Origin: Elusimicrobiota bacterium
GTDB lineage: Bacteria; Elusimicrobiota; Elusimicrobia; F11
Assembly: GCA_044221725.1 (NCBI GenBank)
Contig: JBGAON010000001.1
Span: 640,001-704,000, forward strand
DNA length: 64,000 nt
Direction: 5' to 3'
Part shown: in pieces, positions 1 to 9,900 of the stretch
Numbering within the stretch: the first letter of the stretch is position 1
How the letters are laid out: each line of letters begins with the position of its first letter
Program-made: the position numbers and the translations under genes
Notes under the pieces: model-generated
Told to the model about the DNA's origin: nothing
The model's input: only the letters and a program-made list of their open reading frames with translations
Databases searched by the model: none

Positions 1-1803
1 CCGGAGGATCCAAACTCAGTGAAAAATCCCATTTGGGAAATGGACAGCGGATCGTTCTTCGCAAGTGGTGGTGCCGGTTGGAGCGGCGTCCCGAACGATC
101 GCGCGCCAAACGCACGATCAACGAACGGCAACAATTCAGCGGTTTTCCGGTTGAACACCAAGAGATCCGACTTCGGCGATGTCGCTGTTTCTTTTTCCTT
201 GCTAAATCAGGGGTTGACCCCTTCGCCGTCGACGCCGCCCGTCGACTGGGACGGTCTTCACATCTGGCTCCATTATCAATCCGAGTACTACTTGTATTAC
301 GCGAGCATCAACCGTCGCGACAACACGGTCGTGATCAAGAAAAAGGTGCCGGGGGGGCCATCGAACGGCGGCACGTACTACGAGCTGAGTGACTACGTTC
401 CCCATACGGTTCCGTACAACACGTGGCAACAGATAAAAGCCACGGTTCAAAACAACCTCGACGGGAGCGTCACAATTAAGCTTTTCGAGAACGACGTTCT
501 GTTGGTCAGCGCCACGGACAACGGCACGATCGCCGGCCCCCCGATTCGGGGCCTGGGGAAAGTGGGGTTGCGTGGTGACAATGCGAACCTGAAATTTAAG
601 AACTTCGTCGTGTCCACGCTGTCGGGTTCGACCCCCGCGACAATTCCGAACGCGCCGACGGGCTTAAGCGCGAGTTCCGGCGATCGCCGAGCCACCGTTC
701 AATGGAGCGCGGTCGGAGGAGCGACCTCTTACAATATGTATTGGAGCACGAGTCGCGGTGTAAACAAAAGCAACGGCACTCGAATTTCCGGTGTGACGTC
801 TCCACGAACGTTGAGCAACCTTACAAACGGCACCACGTGCTACGCTGTGGTGACGGCCGTCAATTCCATGGGAGAAAGCGCGGAATCGGTACAGGTCCAA
901 TTTACGCCGGCGCCCGTACCGACGGGCGTATTGCCGGCGCCGCGCGGCGTTTCGGCGTCTTCGGCAGAATCCAAGATCACAATCTCTTGGAATCCGGTGC
1001 CTGGGGCGACGTCGTACAACCTTTACCGAAATCGGGTGACCGGTGTTTCAAAAGCGAACGGTTACAAAATCGCGAATGTTACCGCGCCTTATGTAAACAA
1101 AGGTCTCGTGAATGGGCAGGCGTATTACTTGGTGGTAACCGCGGTGAATCAGGCCGGGGAAAGTTTGGAATCCGCGGAAGTAGCGGCGACCCCGGGCTCG
1201 ACCAGCGCGCCCGTCCCTCCGACGAACATTCGCACAATTCCGGGCGACGGCCAAATTGTTATCAAGTGGGACCCGGTTCCGGGAGCCACCTCTTACAATC
1301 TCTACCGATCGCGCGCATCGAACGTCAACAAACAGACCGGATATCAAATCGAAAATGTCACGAATCCGTCGCTAAACACCGGATTCGCGAACGGTAAACC
1401 GATTTACATGGTCGTTACGGCCGTGAACGAGATGGGCGAAAGCGACGAATCCGTGATGGTTTCCGCGATTCCGTACGCCGGCGGTCCGCGTGGACTCGGA
1501 ATAAACGGTCCCGGGTCTCTCGGCGCGTCGACGAGTTTGGAGACCCGTCGCATTTTCCCGAACCCTTGGCGCAACGATAAGAATGCCGGGAATCCGGTGA
1601 CGTTCGATCAATTAACACCCGGCACATCCATCAGAATCTTTACGCTCGCGGGCCAGTGGGTGAACACGCTCGAAGCCGAAAGCGCCACCACGTGGGATCT
1701 TCGCAACCACGAGGGCGAAAAAGTGGCGTCGGGCGTCTACGTGTGTCTGTTCACAAACAACAATGGAGAAAAGAAACGCAGTCTTTTAACGGTGATCCAA
1801 TGA
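1..1803 (+). CDS. Secreted/surface protein (5' end probably outside window): ConA/lectin-like beta-sandwich, three fibronectin type III repeats and a C-terminal FlgD-Ig/T9SS type-A-like sorting domain
   Basis: Frame is open from base 1. Three 'W..V.GATSYN.Y...Y.VVTAVN..GES.ES' repeats. C-terminus 'IFPNPW..IRIFTLAG..V..L..WDLRN..GEKVASGVY'. Confidence 0.8.
   Translation, partial: PEDPNSVKNPIWEMDSGSFFASGGAGWSGVPNDRAPNARSTNGNNSAVFRLNTKRSDFGDVAVSFSLLNQGLTPSPSTPPVDWDGLHIWLHYQSEYYLYYASINRRDNTVVIKKKVPGGPSNGGTYYELSDYVPHTVPYNTWQQIKATVQNNLDGSVTIKLFENDVLLVSATDNGTIAGPPIRGLGKVGLRGDNANLKFKNFVVSTLSGSTPATIPNAPTGLSASSGDRRATVQWSAVGGATSYNMYWSTSRGVNKSNGTRISGVTSPRTLSNLTNGTTCYAVVTAVNSMGESAESVQVQFTPAPVPTGVLPAPRGVSASSAESKITISWNPVPGATSYNLYRNRVTGVSKANGYKIANVTAPYVNKGLVNGQAYYLVVTAVNQAGESLESAEVAATPGSTSAPVPPTNIRTIPGDGQIVIKWDPVPGATSYNLYRSRASNVNKQTGYQIENVTNPSLNTGFANGKPIYMVVTAVNEMGESDESVMVSAIPYAGGPRGLGINGPGSLGASTSLETRRIFPNPWRNDKNAGNPVTFDQLTPGTSIRIFTLAGQWVNTLEAESATTWDLRNHEGEKVASGVYVCLFTNNNGEKKRSLLTVIQ
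640..1480 (+). repeat. Three tandem FN3 domain repeats (~90 aa each)
   Basis: GATSYNMY / GATSYNLY / GATSYNLY and VVTAVN recur in the translation; boundaries approximate. Confidence 0.8.
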
Positions 1804-2720
1804 AAAAAATACTTTCGATATTCATTACTTTTTCGTTCTTCGGAATCGCAGGTGTCGGGTTTGCCGATCCTGGAACCGAAGGGGCAAGCTTTTTAAACAT
1901 CCCGGTTGGCGCGGAACCCGCCGCTCTTGGCAGCGCGTACAGCAGCCTCGCGGAAAACGCATACGCGCCGGTGTGGAACGCGGCCGGTTTGGGGCGCGTC
2001 GAACAAATGCAGCTCGCAGCGCAACACCTGGCGTATTTGGAATCGATTCATTACGAGTTCGCCAGTTTTGTCATGCCGCTAAGAAACAAAAGTGCGTTCG
2101 GCGTGAGCATTCAGTATCTCGGAACCGGCGATATCGCCGCGACGGACGCCAACGGAAATTCGATCGGTGCAACCACGAACCAATACGGCGCTTACAGCGT
2201 CGCCTATGGCCGTTCGTTGTCGGACCGGCTGTCGCTCGGATTGACGGGAAAATTTATTTCCGGGCATCTCGATAATGTCGGCGCGAGCGCTTACGCGCTT
2301 GATTTCGGCAGCATGTACCGCGTTTCGGAGCGATTAAATTTGGCCGCGACAATTCAAAACGTTGGGTCGCGACTGAAGTTCATAAGTCAAAGCGATCCAC
2401 TTCCGCTGGCGGCGCATGTGGGTGGCACGTACGCGTTTTTAAAGAATGTGTCGGCCTCGGCGGAAGCGGTTATTCCGCAGACGAAGCTTGTGTCGTTTCG
2501 TGGCGGCCTCGAATGGAAACCGGCAAATGAGTTGGCGCTGCGCATTGGATATCGCACGGACACGATCAAACAGTTGGGGCCGATCGCCGGACTAACCATG
2601 GGCGTCGGATTCAATCTGCTCGGACAAGAATTGTCGTATGCCTGGGTTCCGCTCGACGAGCTCGGCAATACGCACTATTTCTCTCTATTAATGCGGTTTA
2701 ACGACCACAAAAACCGTTAA
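1800..2720 (+). CDS. PorV/PorQ (UPF0164)-family outer-membrane beta-barrel protein
   Basis: ATG 1800 overlaps the upstream TGA (ATGA). Signal peptide MKKILSIFITFSFFGIAGVGFA, then 'FLNIPVGA...ALGSAY...A..WNAAGL'; C-terminal 'LGNTHYFSL'. Confidence 0.8.
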   Translation: MKKILSIFITFSFFGIAGVGFADPGTEGASFLNIPVGAEPAALGSAYSSLAENAYAPVWNAAGLGRVEQMQLAAQHLAYLESIHYEFASFVMPLRNKSAFGVSIQYLGTGDIAATDANGNSIGATTNQYGAYSVAYGRSLSDRLSLGLTGKFISGHLDNVGASAYALDFGSMYRVSERLNLAATIQNVGSRLKFISQSDPLPLAAHVGGTYAFLKNVSASAEAVIPQTKLVSFRGGLEWKPANELALRIGYRTDTIKQLGPIAGLTMGVGFNLLGQELSYAWVPLDELGNTHYFSLLMRFNDHKNR

Positions 2721-2818
2721 TCATTCGTCGTCCAGGGATGACGACTCAAGTGTAACCTTCCGTGCCCCTCAATCGTCGTAAGTAATGGACTTCATTACTT
2801 TTGATTCGGAGGGGCACT

Positions 2819-4145
2819 ATGACAGCAGCAACCGTAGCATCAGACAACATCGTTCTTCAAAATAAGATTGAAACCCGCCAAGCACGCATCGGCGTTTTGG
2901 GACTTGGATACGTGGGTTTGCCTTTGGCGGTAGAGTTTGCAAAAACCGGTTTCTCCGTTTCCGGTTTCGAAGTTGATCCGGCCAGGATTCGTACGTTGCT
3001 CGCCGGAGAATCCTATATCGCCGATGTTCCGAGCGAGGATGTTCGCTCGCTCGTCGAGAAAAAGCGATTTGTCGCGACGACCAATTTCACGCAATTGAAT
3101 GCGATGGACATCATCATCATTTGCGTGCCGACGCCGCTCAGCAAAGCGAAAGAACCGGACATTTCTTACATCGCGAAAGCCACCGAAGCCGTCGCGAACG
3201 GACTGCACCGCCAACAACTGATCGTTTTGGAAAGCACCACGTATCCGGGCACAACGCGCGACTTCATGCTGCCGCTGCTCGAGAAGAAAGGTTTTAAGGT
3301 GGGCCGCGACTTCTTCCTCGCATTTTCTCCGGAAAGAATCGACCCGGGAAATCCGCAATTTCATCTCACGAACACGCCAAAAGTGGTGGGCGGCATTACG
3401 CCGGCGTGTGGGGAATTGACCGCTCTTCTGTACCGCCAAGTCGTTGACACCGTTGTTCCCGTCTCATCGTCGGAAGCGGCGGAGATGGTGAAACTTCTTG
3501 AAAACACGTTCCGCGCGGTGAACATCGGACTCGTGAACGAGCTCGCGCTCATTTGTGACAAACTGAAACTAAACGTTTGGGAAGTTATTTCTGCGGCGTC
3601 GACGAAACCCTACGGTTTCATGCCGTTTTATCCGGGCCCCGGGCTCGGCGGGCACTGCATCCCGATCGATCCGCTTTATTTGTCGTGGAAGATGAAGGTG
3701 CTAAATTTCTCAGCGCGCTTTATTGAGCTTGCAGACGAAGTGAATTCGCACATGCCCGACTTCGTTATTCAGAAAACCGCGCTCGCATTGAATCAGCGAA
3801 AAAAAATCGGTGAACGGTTCAAAGATTCTCGTGCTCGGTGTTGCCTACAAAGCGAACGTGAGCGATGTTCGGGAATCTCCGTCGCTCGATGTGATTCATT
3901 TGCTGCAGAATCTCGGAGCCGACGTTTCGTTCCATGACCCGTATGCCAAGTCCATTGAAGTGGGTGGCAAGCAGCTCACCGGTCGCGCGCTTTCGCCTTC
4001 GTTGCTTGAATCGATGGATGCGGTGATTGTTGCGACAGCGCACAGCGCTTTCGATGCGAAAGAAATCGTGCGGCACTCCTCTCTGGTGATCGATACGCGT
4101 AACGTGACGAAAGGAATGCGGAACGCGAATATCGTCCGGTTATAA
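2819..4145 (+). pseudogene. Nucleotide-sugar dehydrogenase (UDP-N-acetylhexosamine 6-dehydrogenase, WbpA/WecC/TviB type), split by one extra base in an A8 run at 3799-3806 (real frameshift or sequencing error)
   Basis: GLGYVG Rossmann motif, CVPTP, ESTTYPGTT, FSPERIDPGN, KLLENTFR, catalytic GGHCIPIDP. The C-terminal domain (ILVLGVAYKANVSDVRESP...DTRN) continues in another frame, 3810-4145. Confidence 0.85.
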
Positions 4146-4148
4146 GCC

Positions 4149-5729
4149 ATGTCGCCGGTTATTACCTCAACACCTCGTCGCCGTCGCCACTTTCGGTTTC
4201 GCTACGTTGACGACGCAACGGTAAAAGTTGGCCATTCGCGCATGCACACGCGTCTGGTGGACGCGAGCGAATCCGGTGCGTGCGTCGAAGTGGACAAAAA
4301 CAGGCGTCTCCTTCCCGGGGCGGAAGTGACACTGGAATTGCCTGTTCCTCCCGGAATGAACGGCACGTCGGCCGATCACTTCTGCAAAATTGCTGGCACG
4401 GTTGTGCGCGTCGGGCATTCAACCGATGCGTCGCAGCGTTACGTGATCAAATTTAAACGATTGGTTCACGATCAGCTTGTGCTAAATCGCACACGCACAC
4501 ACAAGTTGGTTGTTGGCTTTGCGGCCACCGCGTTGGCAGCGGTCATTTGTTTGTTAAAGGTGAACAACCTTATTTACTTCTGGTACGACCCGTGGTTGCA
4601 GTTCTACAGCGTGGGGGCGGCTGCGTTTGTGGTTTCGCGCGTGGTTCTATCTTTGTCCTATCAGGAGCCGCTCGATCACGGATATTTCCCGAAAATTTCG
4701 ATTGTGATCGCCGCGAAAAACGAACAAGCGCATATTGCCGAGACCATCGAGCATTGTTTCCGTTCGCACTATCCGCCCGATCTTTTTGAAGTGTTGGCCG
4801 TCGACGACGGTTCCACCGATCTCACGTGGGACATTATGCAATCGCTTGTGAAGAAGTATCCGCGGTTGTCGGTCATTCATTTCGAAAAGAACAAAGGAAA
4901 AAGACACGCCATGGCGATCGGTGCTGAGAAGGCCACCGGCGATGTTCTCGTCTACGTGGATTCTGATAGCTACATTGACCCGGAGAGCTTGTACCGAATC
5001 GTGCAGCCATTTGCGCGGCGCAACGTCGGTGCGGTGTCGGGGCATGTGCTGGCCGCCATCGAGTCGGATAACTTTATTTCAAAAATGGAAGCGGTCCGTT
5101 ATTACATTTCCCATCGCGTGATGAAGGCGGCCGAAAGTATTTTCGGTGTGGTAACCTGTTGCCCCGGTGCGTTTTCGGCGTACCGAAGATCCGTTGTGCT
5201 CGACATTATTCCTGAGTGGTTGAACCAGAGGTTTTGGGGCACGCCCGCAACGTTCGGAGACGACCGCAGTCTTACGAATTATATTTTGCGCGAACACGAA
5301 GTGATTTACCACGCCGGGGCCTTGTGCTTGACCTACGTGCCTCGCACGTTGATGCAGTTTCTTCGTCAGCAATTGCGATGGAAGAAATCGTGGTCACGGG
5401 AAACAACGGTGGCCGTTCGAATTATGTGGAAAAAGCACCCGGTCGCCGCGCTGTTCTATTACCTTGGGATTGTGCTCACCTTGGTCTCTCCGCTGGTGGC
5501 GATGCGGGCTTTGTTTTATCTGCCGTTTGTTAGTGCGACGAGTTTCATTCCGTACATCAGCGGCGTTTTCCTCGTGTGTTTGTTCCTGTGTCTGATCTAC
5601 CTTTATTTCACGCGCTCACGATATTGGTATTTCGGCCTGCTGTTTGCGGCGCTCTATTTGGTCGTGCTGTCGTTCCAGAACTACTACGCGATTCTCACGA
5701 TGAACAAGAACCACTGGGGGACCCGATGA
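4149..5729 (+). CDS. PilZ domain fused to a processive GT2 synthase of the hyaluronan synthase (HasA)/NodC family
   Basis: N-terminal RRHFR (RxxxR) and DASESG (DxSxxG). GT2 motifs DDGS, VDSD, CCPGAFSAYRR, GDDRSLTN, QQLRWKKSWSRE. Flanking TM helices; C-terminal WGTR. Confidence 0.85.
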   Translation: MSPVITSTPRRRRHFRFRYVDDATVKVGHSRMHTRLVDASESGACVEVDKNRRLLPGAEVTLELPVPPGMNGTSADHFCKIAGTVVRVGHSTDASQRYVIKFKRLVHDQLVLNRTRTHKLVVGFAATALAAVICLLKVNNLIYFWYDPWLQFYSVGAAAFVVSRVVLSLSYQEPLDHGYFPKISIVIAAKNEQAHIAETIEHCFRSHYPPDLFEVLAVDDGSTDLTWDIMQSLVKKYPRLSVIHFEKNKGKRHAMAIGAEKATGDVLVYVDSDSYIDPESLYRIVQPFARRNVGAVSGHVLAAIESDNFISKMEAVRYYISHRVMKAAESIFGVVTCCPGAFSAYRRSVVLDIIPEWLNQRFWGTPATFGDDRSLTNYILREHEVIYHAGALCLTYVPRTLMQFLRQQLRWKKSWSRETTVAVRIMWKKHPVAALFYYLGIVLTLVSPLVAMRALFYLPFVSATSFIPYISGVFLVCLFLCLIYLYFTRSRYWYFGLLFAALYLVVLSFQNYYAILTMNKNHWGTR

Positions 5730-6997
5730 TGACACAAACGTTCCCTGTTCGTCGTCCCTACCCATGGAAGTGGCTTGTGCTGTTTGCTGCCATCGGAGCG
5801 CTTTTCGTTTACGGAATGTTTTTTTCTCCGCAGATTCCTCAGTTTGATTCGCGCGAACGATCGGCGTTGTTTGGCGGCCGGCAGACGTATTACTTGATTC
5901 ATATGCCGGCGGTGCCGAACGGCCAAGATTTTATGGTATCGAAGGCCGAAGCATGGCTCGTCGGCATGGCCACAAAAGGTTTTCATCCTTTGTTGCTGTC
6001 GGAAGTGCATCGTCGGTTGCAAGCAAACGAAGGGCTGCCGGGGAAAACGGTGGTGCTCATGTTTGATCCGGGAACCACCTACACATTTGAAGTCATGGCG
6101 CCGCTATTGGCGAAATACAAATACCCGGCTGTTTGGGTCACCAACGTGAATGCCATGAGCCGCCATGACCGGCAGTACGTGAGTTATCACGTGATGCACG
6201 CGATGGAAAAATCAGGAATTTGGGACGTTGCGCATTACGAGGGATCGCGGCTGGTGATCCATTCACCGAAGGCGAAAGACATCGTTATTGGTCAATCGAA
6301 AGGCACGTGGCGTGAGAATTCGGGTCGGCGCGCGCTTAACCGTGGCGTTCCGGAAGACCGTCTAAACCGGTTGCATGTGAATTGGAACTGGACCGAGCAG
6401 CAGATGGTGGACCGGCTACAAGCCGAAGAGCCGTTACAGATCAACGGTTTCTTAACACTAAAAAATATTTCCGGTCACAATTGGGGAATTATTATGCCGG
6501 TTACCTCGGCCGCGAACCCCGGGTTTAGTTTGAAGGCCCCGATGGAAGGTCGCACCGCGAATCTTAGCTGGCTGGGGACGCGTGGAATAAAAGACGCTCA
6601 GTTTCGGCTGAACGTGCAATCGTTGAGCGGCGAAATGTGGCTCATGATGCGTTCCGACGAAGAAGTCGGCGAGAGCGTCGGCGTTTGTTTCGGCAATGGC
6701 GTGCTCACGGTCGGTCAAGCGCGCGATCATCAGTTCCGGCCGATCGCGACCTATCCAATCGAATCGTTGCGGCAGCCCACCAGCTTTTTGGCGCGTATTT
6801 CTTTAAACGGGCCAAACCTTGTTGTCACTGTGAACGGCGTTCAAGCCGCTCGCCTAAATTCATTGACGCCACCGCAGTCCGACGAGGGGATTGTCCGTAT
6901 GCTGGTTTACGACAAAATCATGGGCGGCGCGCAAGTGGAGTCCGTGAAACTGGAGATGGAACGACAGGGAAATATTATTAGTGGAGAACGTCCATGA
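5726..6997 (+). CDS. Membrane-anchored protein with a degenerate polysaccharide deacetylase (CE4/PgaB-like) domain and a C-terminal beta-sandwich
   Basis: N-terminal TM. 'GFHPLLLSEV...LPGKTVVLMFDPG...PLLAKYKYPAV...SGIWDVAH' resembles CE4, but DD is DP. ATGA coupling at both ends. Confidence 0.65.
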   Translation: MMTQTFPVRRPYPWKWLVLFAAIGALFVYGMFFSPQIPQFDSRERSALFGGRQTYYLIHMPAVPNGQDFMVSKAEAWLVGMATKGFHPLLLSEVHRRLQANEGLPGKTVVLMFDPGTTYTFEVMAPLLAKYKYPAVWVTNVNAMSRHDRQYVSYHVMHAMEKSGIWDVAHYEGSRLVIHSPKAKDIVIGQSKGTWRENSGRRALNRGVPEDRLNRLHVNWNWTEQQMVDRLQAEEPLQINGFLTLKNISGHNWGIIMPVTSAANPGFSLKAPMEGRTANLSWLGTRGIKDAQFRLNVQSLSGEMWLMMRSDEEVGESVGVCFGNGVLTVGQARDHQFRPIATYPIESLRQPTSFLARISLNGPNLVVTVNGVQAARLNSLTPPQSDEGIVRMLVYDKIMGGAQVESVKLEMERQGNIISGERP

Positions 6998-9900
6998 AAC
7001 GCAACAATCGTAGTTGTTTGTTTTCTGCCGCAGCGCTTTTTATCTTAATGGCCTCGCAGGTTCGCGCCGAAGATTTGGGCCTTTTGAGGTCCCAAGCGCT
7101 CGCGCGTTATCACGAGGGTCGGTACGAGGAGGCCGCGCAACTTTATCGGAAAATAATTGCTCTTCGACCCGGAGACGTTGAGATGTTGCGCAATCTCATG
7201 TGGGTTTTATGGAAAGACGAACGTTTCAATGACGCGAAGCGTATAGCAACGCAGCTCTTGGCAATTGATAAGAACGATGCCGAAGCCACAACCATTGTTC
7301 GCAAAGCACCGACATTGGCATTGCGCGCCGAAGCGAACGCGAATTTTCACGCGGGACGCTTTACGCAAGCGAACAAGCTTTACAAAGATTTGGCCGCGCT
7401 TGAGCCCGACAATCCGTCGGTGTTGCGGGATTATATGTGGTCGTTGTGGGAAACCGGAAATTACGATGAGGCTCGTGATACGGCGAAGAAAATTCTCACG
7501 TTGAATAAAAGCGACCAGGAAGCCAAAGACATGCTCACGAAAGCACCGCTTGCCTCGCTTCGGGCGCGTGCGATTCAAAGTTACAAGGCAAAGCGCTACC
7601 AAGATGCAATCGATGCGTATCAAAAACTTCTCGCGCACTCACCAAACAGCGCCAGCATTCTCAAGGATATCTACTGGTGCCAGTGGCAGCTCGGTCACTA
7701 CAAAGATGTAACGGACATCGCTACAAATCTCACAGAGCTTTATCCGAACGATCCGGAAGTGTGGAACCTGCTTGGGCGGGCGCACGTGGCGAACGACAAA
7801 TTGGAAGAGGGGCTTCGGGCCTACAACCGAAGCTTGGAGCTGAAACCGAGCCAGCCCGACACGCAGCGTGTGGTGGGTCGGCTGCACGTTGATTTGCGCG
7901 AATTCGATAATGCGATTGGCGTGTTGAGCGAACTTGAAGCCAAAGACCCCAGCATCCGCACAATCTATCCGCAGCTCGCAAAAGCGCAGTTTTTTAAAGG
8001 TTTTTACTCGGAATCCGCGAAGAACTGGGCCAAAGCGGCGCAGCTTTATCCGGAAAACGATAACTACAAACTGCACGAGGCGCGCGCTCTCTATTACAAC
8101 GGGCAAATCCCCGAGGCGATGACCAAGCTCGAAAAGCTGGCCAACGGCAACGGTCCCATGAAATGGATGGCCATTGATTTCATTGTGGACGATGCGTTGT
8201 CTCATCGCGACATCAAGACGGCGATCCGCATGCTTGAGACAAATCTCAAAGGCAATGTGGAGCCCGCGCAAGAATCACGGCTTTTAAAACTTGGGACGAT
8301 CTATCTTGATAATCACCAATCGCGCAAAGCGTTGCAGACGTTGAATCGGTTTTTGAAATTGAATCCCGGAAACATTCCGGGCTTGTTGATCAAAGCGGAT
8401 ACACTATACGACTTGGGTCACAATGGTGCGGCGGCCCGCATCTATAAGCAGGTTCAGAAGTTGAATCCTTACTCGATCAATGCGCAGGAAGGGTTGGCCA
8501 ACGCCGAGTTTGCGGCCGGAAATTTCCATAACGCGTTAACCGCGTTTGATAAAGCGTACGCGCTCGATCCGACCGATCCTTACTTGATGATTCTCGAAGC
8601 TCACTACATGAACGAAAGTGGTTTGTATAAGAAGGGCCGGAACGTTCTTTTGCGGTGGTTAAACGAAAATAAAAATCATCAAGTGGTGCCGGTGCTGTTG
8701 TATCACGGCCTCACGCCGTTCAATCGCGATCCCATGTTGGCTTACCCGGTTCACGTCCGAGTCTCCGTCTTTGAAGACCATATTCGCGCGCTGAAATCCG
8801 CTGGTTACACGCCGATCACATCCGAACAATTGGCAGCGTGGTACAAGAAAAAAGGCGATTTGCCGAAGAAACCCATCTTGCTCACGTTCGATGACGGCCG
8901 CTTGGACAGTTTCAAATATGCGGATCCGATCCTTCAAAAGTATGGATTCAAGGCCACGATGTTCGTGCCGATCGCGAACATTGAAGGACACATGCCGCCG
9001 TCCTATGTGTCGTGGAGTCAGATTCTTCAGTACCAGAAGTCGGGGCGATGGGAATTTCAATCGCACGCGGATATGGGACACGGCCGCATCGATATCGATG
9101 CGAAGGGTCGCCAGGGACTGTTTCTTGTGAACCGCCAGTGGTTGGAGAAAGAGAATCGTTTGGAGACCGTCAAAGAATGGGAAGAACGCGTGCTGAACGA
9201 TCACATCAATGCGAAGAAAAAAATTGCACAAATGCTTGGAAAAACACCGGTGGCTTACGCGTATCCGGAAGGAACTTACGGGCAGATCGATATTGTGAAT
9301 TCGCCCGAGGCGGTGCCGGTCAATATTGCGGCGATGAAAAAAGAATATCAACTCGCGTTTCATCAAGACCGGTTTGGGCTGAACGTTCGTACGCGCGATC
9401 CAATGTATCTTACGCGGCTTGAGCCAAATCCGGCATGGACGGGCGAGGAGCTGGTGCGTTATCTGCAAGACAAAAGTCCTTACGTGGTGATTCCACGGCA
9501 ACTGCTTTGGCTTGCCTTATGGAATGAAAAGCCGCGACAAGCGGATGGCTATTTGAAAGATTTGCGCAATGCCGGCGCCTCGCAAGTCGTATTGCTTGGG
9601 GAAGAAGGGCGTATTCGTTCGGCGTTGGGCGATGTTCCGGGGGCGCGCCAGTCCATTAACGCGGCGCGCGCGCACGGAGCGGACGCCGACAACGACAAGT
9701 TATTCGCTTCGATCGACGTGCAGGGCGGTCGGTTGTGGAGCCCCGCGTACACGTTTACGGAAGACAACCGACGCCGACGCAATTCAATCTTCGAGCAGAC
9801 ACTTCGCCCTTTCAAAGTATCGAAGTTCAATGTCGGCATCGACTATATGTACGGGTCTTACCGTGAAGTGGGTGTGTCCACGATCACGCAGAACGGCGCG

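Noticed and set aside
2721..2818. c-di-GMP riboswitch upstream of the EPS operon
   Set aside because: Only a short imperfect hairpin (~2726-2744) is present; no GEMM-type consensus is visible.
4149..5729. Calling the synthase hasA, pgaC or bcsA outright
   Set aside because: Motifs place it near HAS/NodC, but substrate specificity cannot be read from sequence, and the partner genes differ from all three systems.
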